A stretch of DNA of 62,292 nucleotides, counting the filler. It is 6 parts of 6 records of this genome, joined end to end, with 100 filler letters (N's around TTAATTAATTAA, not from the genome) between each part and the next. Parts side by side here need not be neighbours in the genome. Positions count along the whole stretch, not along the records: positions 50,708 to 62,292 come from SRR31156797_9649; 5 more parts are not named here. One strand, 5' to 3'. This document shows, piece after piece, positions 60,175 to 62,292 of this stretch. Below the pieces are notes generated by a model, which was given only the letters and a program-made list of their open reading frames with translations, did no database searches and was not told the origin of the DNA. The position numbers and the translations under genes are program-made. Numbering within the stretch: the stretch's first letter is position 1; each line of letters opens with the position of its first letter.

Positions 60175-61095
60175 ATGTCAATTTTAGTATTTGGTCACAA
60201 GAATCCGGATACAGACTCTGTCTGTGCAGCCATCGCCCTGGCTGATCTCAAGAAGAAACTCGGCCAGGACATCGCACCTGCGATCCAGGGTGAGCTGACA
60301 CCTGAATCAAAGTTCGTACTTGAGAAGTTCAACGTTGAGGCACCTGCTGTTGTCACTTCCTATGCCGGCAAGGACGTTTACCTGGTGGATCATTCTGATC
60401 TTGCCCAGAGCCCCGACGACCTGGCCGAGGCCAACATCCTCGGTGTTGTCGACCATCACAAACTGGGTGACGTCACCACATCCCAGCCCCTCGAGTGCTG
60501 GATCTGGCCTGTTGGCTGCACCTGTACCGTGATCAAATCCATGTACGACTTCCACAACGTCGAGATCCCCAAAGAGATCGCCGGCATCATGCTCTGCGCA
60601 ATCCTGAGCGATACGGTCATCTTCAAGTCAGCCACCTGCACAGACGCCGATAAAAAGGCATGCGAAGGCCTTGCTGCCATTGCAGGCATCGCAGACACCC
60701 AGGAGCTGGGCATGGAGATGTTCAAGGTAAAATCCGCCGTTGACGGAACACCTGTTCGTGAGCTGGTTCTCCGTGACTACAAGGATTTCGAGATGAGCGG
60801 CAACAAGGTCGGCATCGGACAGCTTGAGGTTGTTGACCTCTCCATCCTCGATAAGGTCAAGGCCGATCTTGAGAAAGATATCGCAGCCCTCAAGGAAGAA
60901 GGCGGACGTCACAGCGTATTCCTTCTCCTCACCGACATCATCAAAGAAGGTTCCGAGATGCTCATCGCTTCTGACGACGAGTCTGTCATCGAAAAAGCCT
61001 TTGGTGTTGCTCCCGCAGACGGAAAAGCATGGCTTGACGGCGTTATGAGCCGTAAAAAACAGGTTGTTCCCAACCTTGAGAAAGCCTTTGCATAA
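60175..61095 (+). CDS. ppaC: Mn-dependent (family II) inorganic pyrophosphatase
   Basis: GHKNPDTDS, DHH, ILSDT and SRKKQ motifs; AGGAGG RBS. Confidence 0.95.
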   Translation: MSILVFGHKNPDTDSVCAAIALADLKKKLGQDIAPAIQGELTPESKFVLEKFNVEAPAVVTSYAGKDVYLVDHSDLAQSPDDLAEANILGVVDHHKLGDVTTSQPLECWIWPVGCTCTVIKSMYDFHNVEIPKEIAGIMLCAILSDTVIFKSATCTDADKKACEGLAAIAGIADTQELGMEMFKVKSAVDGTPVRELVLRDYKDFEMSGNKVGIGQLEVVDLSILDKVKADLEKDIAALKEEGGRHSVFLLLTDIIKEGSEMLIASDDESVIEKAFGVAPADGKAWLDGVMSRKKQVVPNLEKAFA

Positions 61096-61119
61096 GCTTT
61101 AGAAGCTTTAAAGTAACGT

Positions 61120-61160
61120 AAAAAAAGGGGGCGCAGGATAAACATCCTGCGCCCCCTTTT
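61120..61160. terminator. Bidirectional terminator
   Basis: AAAAGGGGGCGCAGGAT/ATCCTGCGCCCCCTTTT. Confidence 0.8.
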
Positions 61161-61199
61161 GTATTCAGCAGATCAGTCCATGCCGTCCGACCCTTTTAT

Positions 61200-62292
61200 C
61201 TACAGGTCAAACACCGTATTGATTTTTTCAGACAGCTTGGCCATGCCATAGGGTTTCTGGAGAAAATTCTCCTGTTTCGGATCAAGGATATCCACCAGAT
61301 CATCCTTTTTGCTGTATCCGCTGGAGATCAGCACCTTGGCATCGGGAACAAGGGATTTGATCCGTTCATAGGTTTCAAACCCGCTCATCTCCGGCATCAC
61401 CATGTCGAGGATGACAAGATCGACATCCCCTCCCTTTTCCTTCATGAAATCCACGGCATCCATGCCGCTGGTCACGGCCTTGACCGAGTAGCCGAGGCTC
61501 TCTATCATCTCGGAGCACACCTCGATCACTCCCTGTTCATCATCCACAAGCAGGATGGTTCCCCTGCCGCTGATGATTTCAGGCTTGTTCCTGTCGAGCC
61601 GTTTCAGGGAACGCTTTGACTGTTTCGCCGGAAGATAGAAAATAAAGGAACTGCCTTCGCCCTTTTTACTCAACACCCTGAAGGCACCGCCGTGGCTCTT
61701 GATGATGCCATAGGCCGTGGCAAGGCCCAGCCCGGTTCCGCCTCCCATCTCCTTGGTGGTAAAAAAGGGATCGAAAATTCTCTCCATGACCGTCTTGTCC
61801 ATACCCACGCCCGAGTCCACCACGGAAACCCTGACATAGCGTCCGGCCTTTGGCAGGCCGAGTTCCCTGTACTTTGACCTGGCCACGTTGACATTCTCTG
61901 TCTTGATATAGATATGCCCCCCACCCGGCATTGCCTGCCAGGCGTTTACATAGAGGTTGAGGAGCACCTGCTTGATCTGGCCCTCGTCCACCTCACAACT
62001 CCAGAGATCCTTCTGAAGGTTCTGGCGGATCACAATGCTCTTTTTGGTCCTGCCGAACATCTTGGCGGACATCTTCAGGATATAGTTGATGTTGATCATG
62101 CAGAGTTCATGGTCGCTTTTCTGGGCAAACCCCAGGAGCTGCCGGGTCATATCCGATCCTGAATTCACATAATCGTCCACGCAGCCGAGCTTTCTGAACT
62201 CGGGACTTGACGGATCCAGAGAGGTCCTCACCAGGGAGGTGTACCCCTGGATTCCCATGAGAATATTGTTGAAATCATGGGCAATCCCGCCG
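61200..62292 (-). CDS. Hybrid sensor kinase/response regulator (5' partial)
   Basis: GGIAHDFNN H-box at the window edge, FDPFFTTK, GTGLGL and a C-terminal receiver domain (LVDDE, ILDMVMP, KP). Confidence 0.9.
   Translation of the reverse strand, partial: GGIAHDFNNILMGIQGYTSLVRTSLDPSSPEFRKLGCVDDYVNSGSDMTRQLLGFAQKSDHELCMININYILKMSAKMFGRTKKSIVIRQNLQKDLWSCEVDEGQIKQVLLNLYVNAWQAMPGGGHIYIKTENVNVARSKYRELGLPKAGRYVRVSVVDSGVGMDKTVMERIFDPFFTTKEMGGGTGLGLATAYGIIKSHGGAFRVLSKKGEGSSFIFYLPAKQSKRSLKRLDRNKPEIISGRGTILLVDDEQGVIEVCSEMIESLGYSVKAVTSGMDAVDFMKEKGGDVDLVILDMVMPEMSGFETYERIKSLVPDAKVLISSGYSKKDDLVDILDPKQENFLQKPYGMAKLSEKINTVFDL

Noticed and set aside
1-62292. CRISPR arrays, rRNA or prophage structural genes
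   Set aside because: No regularly spaced repeats, rRNA sequence or phage hallmark ORFs were seen.

Overview
This is not one locus. It is six unrelated contigs joined by 100-bp artificial spacers (N44-TTAATTAATTAA-N44) at 14826-14925, 25115-25214, 34789-34888, 44136-44235 and 50608-50707, so adjacency across spacers means nothing. Taxonomic labels below are inferred from gene content and composition. (1) 1-14825, Desulfovibrio-like: iorAB, a NifA-like sigma54 activator, a korDABC-type 2-oxoacid oxidoreductase, a GGDEF/EAL protein, cobH, deoC and a polar amino acid ABC transporter. (2) 14926-25114, Desulfobacterales-like: metK, ahcY, ADP-ribosylglycohydrolase, saccharopine dehydrogenase, a phosphotransferase, a thioesterase and a Trx-fused thioredoxin reductase. 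(3) 25215-34788, low-GC Clostridia-like: tRNA-Leu(CAA), envelope proteins, a tiny Cys-rich protein, a DUF5058-like/membrane protein/M20 peptidase operon, hisC and gyrA. (4) 34889-44135, AT-rich Bacteroidota accessory DNA: a decayed nuclease-NACHT (STAND) defence-type gene, and two decayed IS982 copies flanking a three-gene cassette that encodes a T9SS cysteine peptidase. (5) 44236-50607, Bacteroidota: dnaK, an esterase, hemH, rpsO and a PAS kinase. (6) 50708-62292, Desulfobacteraceae-like: alkaline phosphatase, an ArsR/SmtB regulator with a metal permease, a methyltransferase, ftsK, rnj, ppaC and a hybrid kinase. The top finding is in contig 6. The metal efflux permease that the ORF track splits in two is a single reading frame with an in-frame TGA in its Cys-rich linker (U-G-G-G-C-A-C), followed after 11 nt by a 17-nt GGU-loop hairpin. 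This makes it a probable selenocysteine-containing metal transporter, controlled by an ArsR/SmtB repressor with two visible operators.
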